Source of the DNA: Candidatus Falkowbacteria bacterium RIFOXYD12_FULL_34_57
GTDB lineage: Bacteria; Patescibacteriota; Patescibacteriia; Patescibacteriales; UBA12075
Assembly (NCBI GenBank): GCA_001780285.1
Contig: MFGN01000015.1
Coordinates: 1 to 45,785 of the forward strand
Reading direction: 5' to 3'
DNA length: 45,785 bases
The notes beneath the pieces were generated by a model, which did no database searches, had not been told where the DNA came from, and worked only from the letters and a program-made list of their open reading frames with translations. The position numbers and the translations under genes were made by a program. This document shows, piece after piece, positions 18,539-27,902 of this stretch. Within the stretch, counting starts at the first letter, position 1, and every line of letters starts with the position of its first letter.

Positions 18539-21016
18539 TTATTTAATCAATTCCTGCGACCATTTGTCCGACACCGGCATCATATCTTTCTTTTCATAAA
18601 CCAGCGCTTGCCAATCCTCATCAGCCAAGCGTTCATCCAGTTTATCGGTAAATTCATAATGATTAAAGACTAATCCGCGGGTCAAGCGCGTTCCATTTAC
18701 ATCTTGAATAGCCACATAAATAATAAAAGGTTTGCCGGTCGCTTCATACAAAATCTCCTGATGCACAACATCGGTATGGATATCAGCAATTATTCCAGCA
18801 CGCTTTTCTTTCTGGGTCAGCTCTTGCCCATTGATCGGCTCCACTATTCTGGATAAAACAATATTAATGGTGCGCAATTTTTCAAAATCCTCATCGCTTA
18901 TCTTTTTATTCTCTAATTCCTTTTCTGTAATTTCTCTAAAAAATTTCGCCGAATCAATAAAAGACTCATATTTATATTTAAACTCTTGCGGAAAAATATC
19001 CCGTTTTTCAAGTCCATTTTTCGTGACCTCTGCCAAGGCAATAATCTTATTCCAAAAATCAATATCAGGCTCTACATAACCCTTCACCACCGGCGGAAGC
19101 TTATCAGGATTATCTCCGCCGCCGCCCAATTCCGCATAAGACTGCTTGGCGTAAAGCAGGGTATCATGTTTTAATTCTGTAAAAGAACCGAGCACTGTGC
19201 TTATATTTTTTTTCATCCAGCTGTCATTCTGCATAAAGACGGGATATCCCGCGCCGTATCCGGAAAGCAAAGATCGGAAACAATCCAGCCAGCTCCAATA
19301 AATATTCTGACTCCACGCATCTGCGGGGTAGCCGGCAAATTCCGCAATCAATTTTTTCGTTTTTTTGGCGATTATTTTTTCCGATTCTCTTCCCTGCTTT
19401 TCTATCCTCAAAGGATTATTAATCCATTCATCCAGATAATTTTTGACGGCTTTGTTTTCTGGCGCAATAATATGCAGGGGCATAAGCGCTGTCGGCATAG
19501 TCGGCAGCAATTGCCCTGTTTCCGGATCGGGAGCGCCCACTCCCTGGGTTAAATTATTGATAATATATGCATCCGGAGTAAATCTCTGCCCCATAAAACG
19601 AAACTGCTTGATATCCGCCAAAAGCTTGTCTCTTTGTCCGCCGTCATCATATACCGCCAATGCCTCCGAAACGATTCTTGGCGCCGGCAAATCAGATTTA
19701 GCTTTAGCGATGAATCGTTCCATGAAATCATTTTTGGTAAATTCTTCTTCAGACACATTGCTGTCTCCGGAAATTTCTTTCATGACTCCCGAATATTCAT
19801 AAGCGGTCAGATCATCCACTTCGCCCACAAAAAAATTTATCACTTCCGACATATCCGACCACATTTTTGATAATTTTTCGTCACCCACCCGCAGATTGTT
19901 TATCTGTCCGGTAATCAACAGTGCATCCCTGGTAAGATCTGGGCTGGAAAGAGTGAAGCCCATCCGGCCATACCACATCATAGCTACAAAATAACTTTTC
20001 AAAATATCATTTTTTGTATAATGCGATCGGGGCTTGAACTGGGAATAATCATTTATGAAATCCGGGCGGAGTGGAGAAAATATGGACGATTTTTCCATAC
20101 CCTTGGAAGCCTGTATCAGTTCCAATTCAGACTTGGCCAATTCATAAATATCTTCACCCAGATCCATGTCGGCGTACTTTTTTTCCGGCAATGAGAAAAT
20201 AAGCTTTTCTCCGCTAGCAGCTATTTTTTGGCGGTCCTGCGCATCCAAAAACTCCGCAAAATTTTCAAAATCTTCCGGCTTCAGATCCACATCAGCAGAA
20301 TTCGTACCTGCGTCTAAAACAACCAAAGGAACAAGGTAATAAGCCGATAATCTTTTATAAGAATCTTTTAATCTTGAATCAGTCGCAGTATTGTATTTAT
20401 TGATAGAATCTATAAATAAAACCTTGGTCATAGCAAACAGCATAGGTTGAAACCTTGTTTCTTCCATCCTTTGAAAACTGCGATCTATCAAAATATGATA
20501 CAAGTGAAGAGCCAGGTCGCTGGTAATAAAAATAGCATTGTTCGGCTGGCGATAATACTGATTGGAATTTCCATCGAAAATATTATAAGCATCGACGAAA
20601 TCATCCTTATTGCCCCAGCTGGATTGGTCATTGATGATATTGTTTTCCGCGAGGAAAAAACCATCGCCTTCCAGCGCCCTGATCTGCTCTTCTGAAAAAT
20701 CAATATTTTCTTCTTTGATAAAACTCTGCAAATTTTCAAGCTCATCAGCGCTGATTTCATAAAAAGGAACTGATGGCCTGACTTGATTTTCATCTTTTTT
20801 GATCTGCGCAAATGCCGGCCTGACTAAATCAAATTTCCACAAATTATATTCCTGTATTTCTACCCCATCTTTTTCTGTATCTTTTTGCTCCTGAGCCATG
20901 GTTAGAATGTTTTGCTTTTCTTTTTGCTGATTCCAATAAACAAAAGCTAAAAAAGCCAAAACCGCTATAAAAACAATAATCAAAATATTTAAAATTATCT
21001 TCTGATTTTTTTGCAT
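18539..21016 (-). CDS. Large (825 aa) N-terminally anchored secreted or surface protein of unknown function.
   Basis: Single N-terminal TM segment then a long hydrophilic domain. Only 1 bp from the downstream MEMO-CapA gene, so probably in an operon. Confidence 0.5.
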   Translation of the reverse strand: MQKNQKIILNILIIVFIAVLAFLAFVYWNQQKEKQNILTMAQEQKDTEKDGVEIQEYNLWKFDLVRPAFAQIKKDENQVRPSVPFYEISADELENLQSFIKEENIDFSEEQIRALEGDGFFLAENNIINDQSSWGNKDDFVDAYNIFDGNSNQYYRQPNNAIFITSDLALHLYHILIDRSFQRMEETRFQPMLFAMTKVLFIDSINKYNTATDSRLKDSYKRLSAYYLVPLVVLDAGTNSADVDLKPEDFENFAEFLDAQDRQKIAASGEKLIFSLPEKKYADMDLGEDIYELAKSELELIQASKGMEKSSIFSPLRPDFINDYSQFKPRSHYTKNDILKSYFVAMMWYGRMGFTLSSPDLTRDALLITGQINNLRVGDEKLSKMWSDMSEVINFFVGEVDDLTAYEYSGVMKEISGDSNVSEEEFTKNDFMERFIAKAKSDLPAPRIVSEALAVYDDGGQRDKLLADIKQFRFMGQRFTPDAYIINNLTQGVGAPDPETGQLLPTMPTALMPLHIIAPENKAVKNYLDEWINNPLRIEKQGRESEKIIAKKTKKLIAEFAGYPADAWSQNIYWSWLDCFRSLLSGYGAGYPVFMQNDSWMKKNISTVLGSFTELKHDTLLYAKQSYAELGGGGDNPDKLPPVVKGYVEPDIDFWNKIIALAEVTKNGLEKRDIFPQEFKYKYESFIDSAKFFREITEKELENKKISDEDFEKLRTINIVLSRIVEPINGQELTQKEKRAGIIADIHTDVVHQEILYEATGKPFIIYVAIQDVNGTRLTRGLVFNHYEFTDKLDERLADEDWQALVYEKKDMMPVSDKWSQELIK

Positions 21017-21387
21017 AAAATTATAAAATTAAAAATAATTATATTTTAATAATATCATATCTATTATAAAAATACATTATCAAAAAACTTATATAAAATA
21101 TAACTTAAAAATAATATTATCGTAACACGCTGTATATGGGTATCGGGTATTATTTTTAAAATTTTATTTTAAATATATACTTAATAAAAAAATAAACCGG
21201 TAACCATCATGCACCTCCGGTCGTTGCTCTCTCAAAACCAGTTCAATTCCCCCAAGTATCCAACTAAGTTAAACAAAAAACAACCCTTTTCAAGATTATT
21301 TTTCATTGGAGCACCAAGCCGGATAAAAGTCAGACCTGTTTTTATATGAATATTTTAATTAAAGAAATAGAAAAAATCTTATAACAT

Positions 21388-21417
21388 TTGACAAAAAACA
21401 AAATTTAATGCTAATAT
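21388..21417 (+). promoter_or_regulatory. Sigma70-like promoter: TTGACA, 18-bp spacer, TAATAT.
   Basis: Hexamers read directly ~40 bp upstream of the 21458 ATG. The RBS aaggaggg follows. Confidence 0.4.
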
Positions 21418-21457
21418 CAAATATATTTGAACATTAATAACCTATAAAGGAGGGAAA

Positions 21458-21748
21458 ATGCCAATTAATAAAAAAGATGCTCCTCAATTAACAAAAGAAT
21501 ACGAACAATGGGAAAAAGATATCGTTAAAGTAGCGCAAAAAGAAATTGAAAATTTTTTACAAAAAAATTCTGATAAAATGTACACTATTTTGGAAATTGA
21601 AAATGAGATTGTTATTCCCGCATCACTTGCGACAGGACCAAATGATAAACATAGGGCAGTTGTAGCTGTTTTATTTGTATTAAAAATGAGAGGAAAAATT
21701 GAAAAAGTTACTACTAAAAATGGGGAGTATAACGGATATATAGTATAA
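21458..21748 (+). CDS. Small hypothetical protein (96 aa).
   Basis: Strong RBS aaggaggg and a clean terminator downstream at 21846-21870. Confidence 0.5.
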   Translation: MPINKKDAPQLTKEYEQWEKDIVKVAQKEIENFLQKNSDKMYTILEIENEIVIPASLATGPNDKHRAVVAVLFVLKMRGKIEKVTTKNGEYNGYIV

Positions 21749-21845
21749 ATTTTCATTCAAGAATACCAATAATTAAATTTAATATTTTTCATGATGAAAT
21801 TTAGCTTAACAAAGATATATGTTTTGAATTAGGAAATTTCTTTCT

Positions 21846-21870
21846 AAAAAGCACCAAAAGGTGCTTTTTT
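21846..21870 (+). terminator. Rho-independent terminator gcacc-aaaa-ggtgc followed by T6.
   Basis: Hairpin plus T-run are read directly. Confidence 0.6.
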
Positions 21871-21880
21871 AATTTTTAAA

Positions 21881-21990
21881 ATCTTTAATCATTTACGGAC
21901 TCTCATCTTTTTACACCATTCCAACAAAAAACAACCCTTTTCAGGATTATTTTTCATTGGAGCGGGTAACGGGAATCGAACCCGTCTATC
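21881..21990 (-). repeat. ~110-bp direct repeat, copy 1: the 3' third of a tRNA-Gly plus ~80 bp of downstream flank containing a terminator-like hairpin. Copy 2 is at 27436-27545.
   Basis: Copy 1 (tcatttacggactctcatctttttacaccattccaac...tggagcgggtaacgggaatcgaacccgt) is near-identical to copy 2 at 27436-27545. Confidence 0.8.
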
Positions 21991-22031
21991 CACCTTGGCA
22001 AGGTGATGTAATAGCCACTATACCATACCCG
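21957..22031 (-). tRNA. tRNA-Gly(GCC). An alternative register would give CCA/Trp; that was rejected because it violates U33.
   Basis: 75 nt with acceptor GCGGGTA/TACCCGC. The anticodon stem TCACC/GGTGG with loop TTGCCAA gives GCC. The gene is paralogous to the tRNA-Gly(TCC) at 27512. Confidence 0.6.
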
Positions 22032-22195
22032 CAAAAATCATAACGAATGCTTAACAATTAATCAACTAAAAACTATTATATATTATAAAATTTTTTTTGG
22101 CAAGAAGTTGACAAAGTTATTAATTTTTGTTATACTTTATTGATACTTTTGGATATTTTAACAATTTAATTTTTAACCAATGGGAGAAATTAATC

Positions 22196-22540
22196 ATGCT
22201 TAAAGAAAACAAAAAAAGTATAGATAGAAACATAGACAGAATTGAATTTTTCCTCTTACATCCACACAGACCTTATGATTGGGGAATTAAAGGGCTTTTT
22301 AAAGAGCTGAGACAAAAAAATACACAACAAGATGATGGTCTTCAAAATGATGATCTTATTGATGAATTAGTCACAATAATACAAAAAATTATGACCCCGC
22401 AATTTGAAGATTTAATCGCACTACTGGGCCAAATTCAAAAAATTGACCCTGAAAAAATAGACGAAGAAAAAGAAAATGTAAGAAAAGTATTTCATGCTGC
22501 CTTGCGGCACCACATTATACAGATAATGAATAAGAAATAA
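22196..22540 (+). CDS. Hypothetical protein (114 aa from the RBS-supported ATG).
   Basis: RBS gggag 8 nt upstream of ATG. Terminator hairpin at 22545-22575. Confidence 0.45.
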   Translation: MLKENKKSIDRNIDRIEFFLLHPHRPYDWGIKGLFKELRQKNTQQDDGLQNDDLIDELVTIIQKIMTPQFEDLIALLGQIQKIDPEKIDEEKENVRKVFHAALRHHIIQIMNKK

Positions 22541-22637
22541 AAAAACAAGCCTGGTAAAAACTCAGGCTTTTTATATTTCATGGTTGAAAATAGTAAATAA
22601 TTATTGTAGAGTAAATATATTATTATAACAAAAAATT

Positions 22638-23108
22638 ATGCCGTCGCTTGCATACAACAAAAGAGCTAATTATGATTATGAAATATCCGACAAATATGAA
22701 GCCGGTCTGGTTTTATTTGGGCATGAGGTAAAATCTATAAGGGGGGGGAATATCAGCCTGAAGGGCGCTTTTATTACTATCAAAAATAGTAACGCGGGCA
22801 CTCCGGAATTGTATCTTATTAATGCCTATGTACCGCTCTATAAAAAAACTAGTAATATTGATAATTATGACCCAGAAAGATCCCGTAAAATACTTTTGCA
22901 TAAAAACCAAATCAAACGGTTAATCGGAAAAAAACAAGAACAAGGCTTGACAATGGTGCCGATTTCAGTGTACACTAAGCATAATTTGATAAAAATAGAA
23001 TTCGGAATCGGACGCGGAAAAAAGAAAATAGATAAACGAGAAACCATAAAAAAGAGAGATGTGGATCGCCAAATCAGAACTTTAACAAAACAAAAAATTA
23101 TCACCTAG
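22638..23108 (+). CDS. smpB: SsrA-binding protein SmpB.
   Basis: NKRANYDYEISDKYEAGLVLFGHEVKSIRGG and the basic C-terminal tail are typical of SmpB. A tmRNA lies immediately downstream. Confidence 0.8.
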   Translation: MPSLAYNKRANYDYEISDKYEAGLVLFGHEVKSIRGGNISLKGAFITIKNSNAGTPELYLINAYVPLYKKTSNIDNYDPERSRKILLHKNQIKRLIGKKQEQGLTMVPISVYTKHNLIKIEFGIGRGKKKIDKRETIKKRDVDRQIRTLTKQKIIT

Positions 23109-23147
23109 ACTTTCGACTTTATAAACTTTCAACTTTTAACTAAGGTT

Positions 23148-23536
23148 GGGGATGCAGGGAATCGATGATGATTTAATCTATAAACACTCAAAGCGTGCAA
23201 TCTAAATCGCCACGCAAATCCGTTTTAGAAAACATAAGTGCAAACAAAATTGCCAGCAAAGTGAAGACTGCTTTCAGCATGCCTATCTTTGCTCCTGTTG
23301 CCGCTTAATTGCCGCAACCATCCGTATCAGCGATGGTCTGATAGCTGAACCACGGGTGTCATATTATTAGACTAGATTTATATGTTGCGTTTACTTATAA
23401 ATTGAAGTTTAAAACGCTAGTTATTGCTGATTTTGTTTAGTCTTTACAGCAATAATAAAACAACAGATTAAACTAACTTTGTACAAGTGTTTAAAAGATA
23501 ATTGTCAGACGCGAGTTCAACTCTCGCCATCTCCAC
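23148..23536 (+). ncRNA. ssrA: tmRNA (ssrA), one-piece form.
   Basis: 5' GGGGATGCAGGGAATCGATG pairs with 3' CATCTCC(A). The 3' tRNA-like T-arm GCGAG-TTCAACT-CTCGC matches the E. coli tmRNA 3' end GGTTCAACTCCCGCCAGCTCCA. An internal tag-like reading frame ends ...FAPVAA-TAA. Confidence 0.65.
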
Positions 23537-23727
23537 AAATAAAACATAGTATTTTGAAAAAATACTGTGTTTTATTTGAGGTGGTGGTACTGGGATGAAT
23601 TTGCTATAACTAATAGATAAATAAAAATATAGAAAAAATTTATATTTTGTTTGATCTTGCAAATAATTTTTTGTTTTTATATAATGTATTTAAGACTTGA
23701 GTATAATAATTGTGCATTCAAGCCTGG

Positions 23728-23811
23728 GCCGCGGTGGCGGAATTGGTAGACGCGAGGGACTTAAAATCCCTTGGTAGTGATACCGTGAGAGTTCGATTCT
23801 CTCCCGTGGCA
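23728..23811 (+). tRNA. tRNA-Leu(TAA), type II.
   Basis: Acceptor GCCGCGG/CCGTGGC, anticodon loop CTTAAAA, T-arm GAGAG-TTCGATT-CTCTC. Confidence 0.75.
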
Positions 23812-23814
23812 CAA

Positions 23815-23851
23815 AAAATCACCTAATTTTATATAAAAGGGGTGATTTTTT
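23815..23851 (+). terminator. Terminator aaatcacc...ggtgattt followed by a T-run.
   Basis: Read directly downstream of tRNA-Leu(TAA). Confidence 0.55.
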
Positions 23852-23950
23852 ATTATAAAAAATTTTAATTATTTATTTTTTGAAATCTTACAAAAAAAAC
23901 AAAAAAATGATATAATGATATTGTTATAATTTAATTATAATCTAATAAAT

Positions 23951-24928
23951 ATGATTCAAAAATCCAACATTAAAAAAACATGGCCGGGATTATTACTGGC
24001 AATCATTATCGGTTCATTATCTTATCAACTTAAATCCGCCATAGGTTCACCGCTACTTGATCCCCTGCTAATCGCCTTAATTATTGGTATAATCATCAGG
24101 TCAATAATCGGAAACAACTCTAGACTTATTCCCGGATTCAATTTCGCATCTGCTATTTTTATTCCAATCGGCGTAGTCTTTTATGGGGCGATAAGTTTAG
24201 ACTTTATAAAATTCTCCAAAATAGATATAAAATACTCTATTCTACTCCTTGCTATTATTTTTGTATATTTTATGATTATCTTGCTTTTGGGAAAAATATT
24301 AAAACAAAAAAAACAAATAACCTACCTTACGGCGACTGGTTCGGCAATTTGCGGAGCATCTGCCATTACCATCACTTCTCGCGGCGTGAATGCCGATCCT
24401 GATGATATCTCTATTAGCCTATTATCTGTTTTTATTACTGCTATTTTTGGTTTGTTTATCCTTTTTCCGTTTTTAGCTAATTTTTTTAATATGACTGATC
24501 AGGTTTACGCCTTGTTTGCTGGTTCTATCTTACAATTTTCCGGATTTGTAAAAGCTGCGGCAGGAGGATTGGACCAAGAATTCCTAAATTTAGCAACATC
24601 TATAAAAACATTTAGATATCTTGGACTCCTAATTGCTCTTCCTCTTTTTGCCAGTTTAATCAGAAAAAAAATTTATTTTCCCTGGTTTTTGTGGGCATTT
24701 TTAGGTGCCGGCCTATTATTTTCCTTTGCTCCAGTCGTCGCTAAAATATTCACACCAAGCTTTGAAGTAATTCAAGTCCTTTTCTGGTCAATTGCCATGG
24801 CTGCCATCGGACTCAATGCTAACATACAGGCACTGTTAAGTGATAACGGAGTTAAGGCTCTACTAATGTCTTTTGTTGGTTTTTTTGCTGCTATTGTCAC
24901 ATTTTTATTAGGAATATCAATAATATAA
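23951..24928 (+). CDS. Polytopic membrane transporter-like protein (~9-10 TM).
   Basis: 325 aa, almost entirely hydrophobic helices. It is 1 bp from the downstream histidine kinase. Confidence 0.5.
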   Translation: MIQKSNIKKTWPGLLLAIIIGSLSYQLKSAIGSPLLDPLLIALIIGIIIRSIIGNNSRLIPGFNFASAIFIPIGVVFYGAISLDFIKFSKIDIKYSILLLAIIFVYFMIILLLGKILKQKKQITYLTATGSAICGASAITITSRGVNADPDDISISLLSVFITAIFGLFILFPFLANFFNMTDQVYALFAGSILQFSGFVKAAAGGLDQEFLNLATSIKTFRYLGLLIALPLFASLIRKKIYFPWFLWAFLGAGLLFSFAPVVAKIFTPSFEVIQVLFWSIAMAAIGLNANIQALLSDNGVKALLMSFVGFFAAIVTFLLGISII

Positions 24929-24929
24929 T

Positions 24930-26435
24930 ATGCACAAAATTAATGAGGAAAATCAAAAAACAAGCTTGGGGGCAAAAATATTTGTTTCATTCTTTTTAGT
25001 TATCCTATTACTTGGAATAGGAATTAGTACAATCATTCAAAACATTCTCACAAAAACACTAAAAACAGAGGGTGTAGAAACATATCTTGTAAACCGAATT
25101 GTTAATCAATTTACAATTACCAGTTTAGGATTTATTATGATTGCCATGGTCTTAACCTTTATAATTGCATTTATATTATCTAGAAGTATTTCCAAACCAC
25201 TTACAATCTTGACAAAAACAGCTCAAGATATCACCGCCGGAGATTTATCCAAAAGGGCTGTAGTAAAATCAAACGATGAAATTGGACAATTGGCGCAAAG
25301 CTTTAATACTTCAATTAATGCATTGGTAGATGCTAAAACAAAAGTTGAAACTATTTTACATAATATCGGCGACGCAGTTTTTGTAATTGATAATAAATAT
25401 CGAATCATAGTATTCAATAAAACATCCTGTGAATTATCGGGTTACACAACAAAAGAAGCAATAGGACAAAAATATGACAAAATATTAAAATTTATATACG
25501 AAGATTCCAAAAAAATTAACAATGTATTTATTAGAGAATGTATAGAAGGGGGAAAATTAACATCTATGGCTAATCATACCTTATTGGTTAGAAAAGACGG
25601 CATAGAAATACCGGTAGAAGATAGTGCTGCTCCGCTTAAAGATAGTGCCGGCAATATTATGGGTTGCGCTGTTGTTTTCCGTGATGTATCCCAGTCGCGC
25701 GAAGTAGATAAAATGAAGTCGGAATTTGTATCTCTCGCCTCTCATCAATTACGCACTCCGCTTACCGCTATCAAACTTTTTACCGAGATGCTTTCCAATA
25801 AAGACACTGAACGATTAAGCGAAGAACAAAAAGAATATATCAAAGCTGCGCATGAATCTACGGATCGCATGGCAAAACTTGTAAACGAGTTATTAAATAT
25901 TTCCAGACTTGAAACCGGAAAGCTTAAAATAGAACCAAACCCTGTTAACTTAATAACTTTCATACAAGACATAATTGAAGAAACTGATGCTTTAGCTAAA
26001 AAACATAAATGTAAAATACTATTTATTAAACCCGAAAAAAATTCTATTACAGCCCTCATTGACCCCACTCTCGTAAGACAAGTAATACATAATCTTTTAA
26101 TGAATGCTATAAGATATTCAACAGATAAAATTACAATCAACCTAGAAGAAAAGATTGATAATTATCAAATTAGTATTCAGGATAGAGGTATAGGCATTCC
26201 GAGGGAAATACAAGGAAGAATTTTTGAAAAATTCTTTAGAGCGGATAACGCTCAAAAAATAACATCCACCGGATCAGGTCTTGGGCTCTACTTGGCTAAA
26301 ATGATAACAAGGGCATTTGGTGGTAAAATCTGGTTCAAAAGCAAAAAAGGAGAGGGTTCCACATTTTTCGTATCCATACCAAAGGAAGGAATGAAAAAAG
26401 AAGAGGGCGGTAAAAGTTTAATAAAAATAAATTAA
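24930..26435 (+). CDS. Sensor histidine kinase with TM, HAMP, PAS, HisKA and HATPase_c domains.
   Basis: H-box ASHQLRTPLTAI, N-box NLLMNAIRYS and G-boxes DRGIGIP / GSGLGLYLAK. Confidence 0.8.
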   Translation: MHKINEENQKTSLGAKIFVSFFLVILLLGIGISTIIQNILTKTLKTEGVETYLVNRIVNQFTITSLGFIMIAMVLTFIIAFILSRSISKPLTILTKTAQDITAGDLSKRAVVKSNDEIGQLAQSFNTSINALVDAKTKVETILHNIGDAVFVIDNKYRIIVFNKTSCELSGYTTKEAIGQKYDKILKFIYEDSKKINNVFIRECIEGGKLTSMANHTLLVRKDGIEIPVEDSAAPLKDSAGNIMGCAVVFRDVSQSREVDKMKSEFVSLASHQLRTPLTAIKLFTEMLSNKDTERLSEEQKEYIKAAHESTDRMAKLVNELLNISRLETGKLKIEPNPVNLITFIQDIIEETDALAKKHKCKILFIKPEKNSITALIDPTLVRQVIHNLLMNAIRYSTDKITINLEEKIDNYQISIQDRGIGIPREIQGRIFEKFFRADNAQKITSTGSGLGLYLAKMITRAFGGKIWFKSKKGEGSTFFVSIPKEGMKKEEGGKSLIKIN

Positions 26436-26551
26436 TATAATACAAACTTCAAAAAAACAATCAAATTGGTTGTTTTTTTACTGAAAATAATTATCATTTT
26501 TCAAACTAACGTCATACTAAAAATATAATTACATAAACACCAAAAATAAAA

Positions 26552-27301
26552 ATGAAGACTAAAATAATAAAAGAATTTATATTTTTTATTTCCTTGCTGT
26601 TTTTAGGCGTACTAACTGCACCCCTCTTTGGTGGGGGGCTTAACTTTGGAGAAAAATGCGGAATTACCGAAACTATAAAAGGAAATTGTAATACCCGCTT
26701 TTTAATCAGTATTCCGTATATAATATTTATAATCGTACGGCTTATTAATATTTTTAATTTAAAAAAATCTTTTAAATTTCCCTGGCAACAGATATATTCT
26801 TTCTTGATGCGGGAAATATTTTATCTTGTTTCTTTTTTTATTTTAGGATATATAACCATGCCTTGGGCGGGAAGGATGTTGGGGCTTATTAACTATGAAA
26901 AAAGCACCTTAGGGGCTTTATTTAATTTTGAAATATTTGTTTATATTTTAATTTTAACTCCATATATTGTTTTTTTGATAACTCGTTTATTTTTATACAA
27001 CCTAAGAAAAAATTTTTTAAAACAAAATTTTAAACAAAAAAATACTCATCAATATAAAGATTCAAAAAGTATAGCTGATTTTGGGGATATTCTGTTTGTG
27101 GTAATTTTCTTATTTATAATTTCTTTTATTTTATATTTCTTTAACCCAAAACCAACATACAAAGAATTTTATGGAAAAAGCAGGGAGTGTGCTTGTGTGG
27201 GTTATAAAAAAACAATGGAACCAAACGAGACCTTCTGGGGAGAAGGAAACCAAGAATGGGGCGTGTGTTTTGGATTACTTTATGATTGCAAAAAACAATA
27301 A
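26552..27301 (+). CDS. Membrane protein of unknown function with a Cys-rich C-terminal tail.
   Basis: 249-aa ORF with several TM helices. The C-terminus is CACVGYKKT...WGVCFGLLYDCKKQ. Confidence 0.45.
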   Translation: MKTKIIKEFIFFISLLFLGVLTAPLFGGGLNFGEKCGITETIKGNCNTRFLISIPYIIFIIVRLINIFNLKKSFKFPWQQIYSFLMREIFYLVSFFILGYITMPWAGRMLGLINYEKSTLGALFNFEIFVYILILTPYIVFLITRLFLYNLRKNFLKQNFKQKNTHQYKDSKSIADFGDILFVVIFLFIISFILYFFNPKPTYKEFYGKSRECACVGYKKTMEPNETFWGEGNQEWGVCFGLLYDCKKQ

Positions 27302-27435
27302 AACATTTCTATTAAAATTTTTAATTTGGAGCGGGCAACAGGAATCAAAAAGGCGAAATCCTTATATCCTCAGTAAGCAACATACCCAAAATTGTTTCTG
27401 TTTTACTATGAATATTATATTTTAATCTTAAAAAC

Positions 27436-27545
27436 CTTTGGTCATTTACGGGTTCTCATCCTGTTACACCATTCCAATGAAAAAATAACCCTTTTCAGGG
27501 TTATTTTTTCATTGGAGCGGGTAACGGGAATCGAACCCGTATCTT
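27436..27545 (-). repeat. Copy 2 of the ~110-bp direct repeat (tRNA-Gly 3' third plus flank with the bidirectional terminator hairpin ataaccc-ttttca-gggttat).
   Basis: Aligned by eye to 21881-21990. The tRNA-derived part is identical. Confidence 0.8.
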
Positions 27546-27586
27546 CGGCTTGGAAGGCCAACATAAGAGCCATTATACTATACCCG
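27512..27586 (-). tRNA. tRNA-Gly(TCC), CCA encoded.
   Basis: 75 nt. Anticodon stem TTGGC/GCCGA with loop CTTCCAA. Confidence 0.75.
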
Positions 27587-27652
27587 CAATGTAGTAGAAA
27601 GTTTAAAGTAAAAGTATATAAAGCCAAGGATAATAATAACTTTACCACTAAG

Positions 27653-27726
27653 TCGGAGTGCAGGGATTCGAACCCTGGATCTCATGGTCCCAAACCATGC
27701 GCCCTAGCCAGCTAGGCCACACTCCG
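27653..27726 (-). tRNA. tRNA-Pro(TGG).
   Basis: Acceptor CGGAGTG/CACTCCG, anticodon loop TTTGGGA, T-arm CAGGG-TTCGAAT-CCCTG. Confidence 0.75.
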
Positions 27727-27830
27727 AAAACTGCCCAAGGCAGCAAACAACAAAATACAAGCACCAAATTTCAAACTGTTTGTTATTTGAATTTTGTTAT
27801 TTGTTGTTTTCGCACCAATAGTGCGTCCAG

Positions 27831-27902
27831 TGCCGCGGGTCAGGATTGAACTGACGACACAAGGATTTTCAGTCCTTTGCTCTACCACTGAGCTACCGCG
27901 GC
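27831..27902 (-). tRNA. tRNA-Phe(GAA).
   Basis: Acceptor GCCGCGG/CCGCGGC, anticodon loop CTGAAAA, T-arm GTCAG-TTCAATC-CTGAC. Confidence 0.75.

Noticed and set aside
21957-22031. First reading of this tRNA as tRNA-Trp(CCA), using anticodon stem CACCT/AGGTG with loop TGCCAAG.
   Set aside because: That register puts G at position 33. The alternative register (stem TCACC/GGTGG, loop TTGCCAA) restores U33 and A37 and aligns exactly with the paralogous tRNA-Gly(TCC), giving anticodon GCC. It is kept as Gly with moderate confidence pending a tRNA predictor.
23468-23662. 64-aa minus-strand ORF overlapping the tmRNA 3' region.
   Set aside because: The region is explained by the tmRNA tRNA-like 3' end, and the ORF lacks an RBS.
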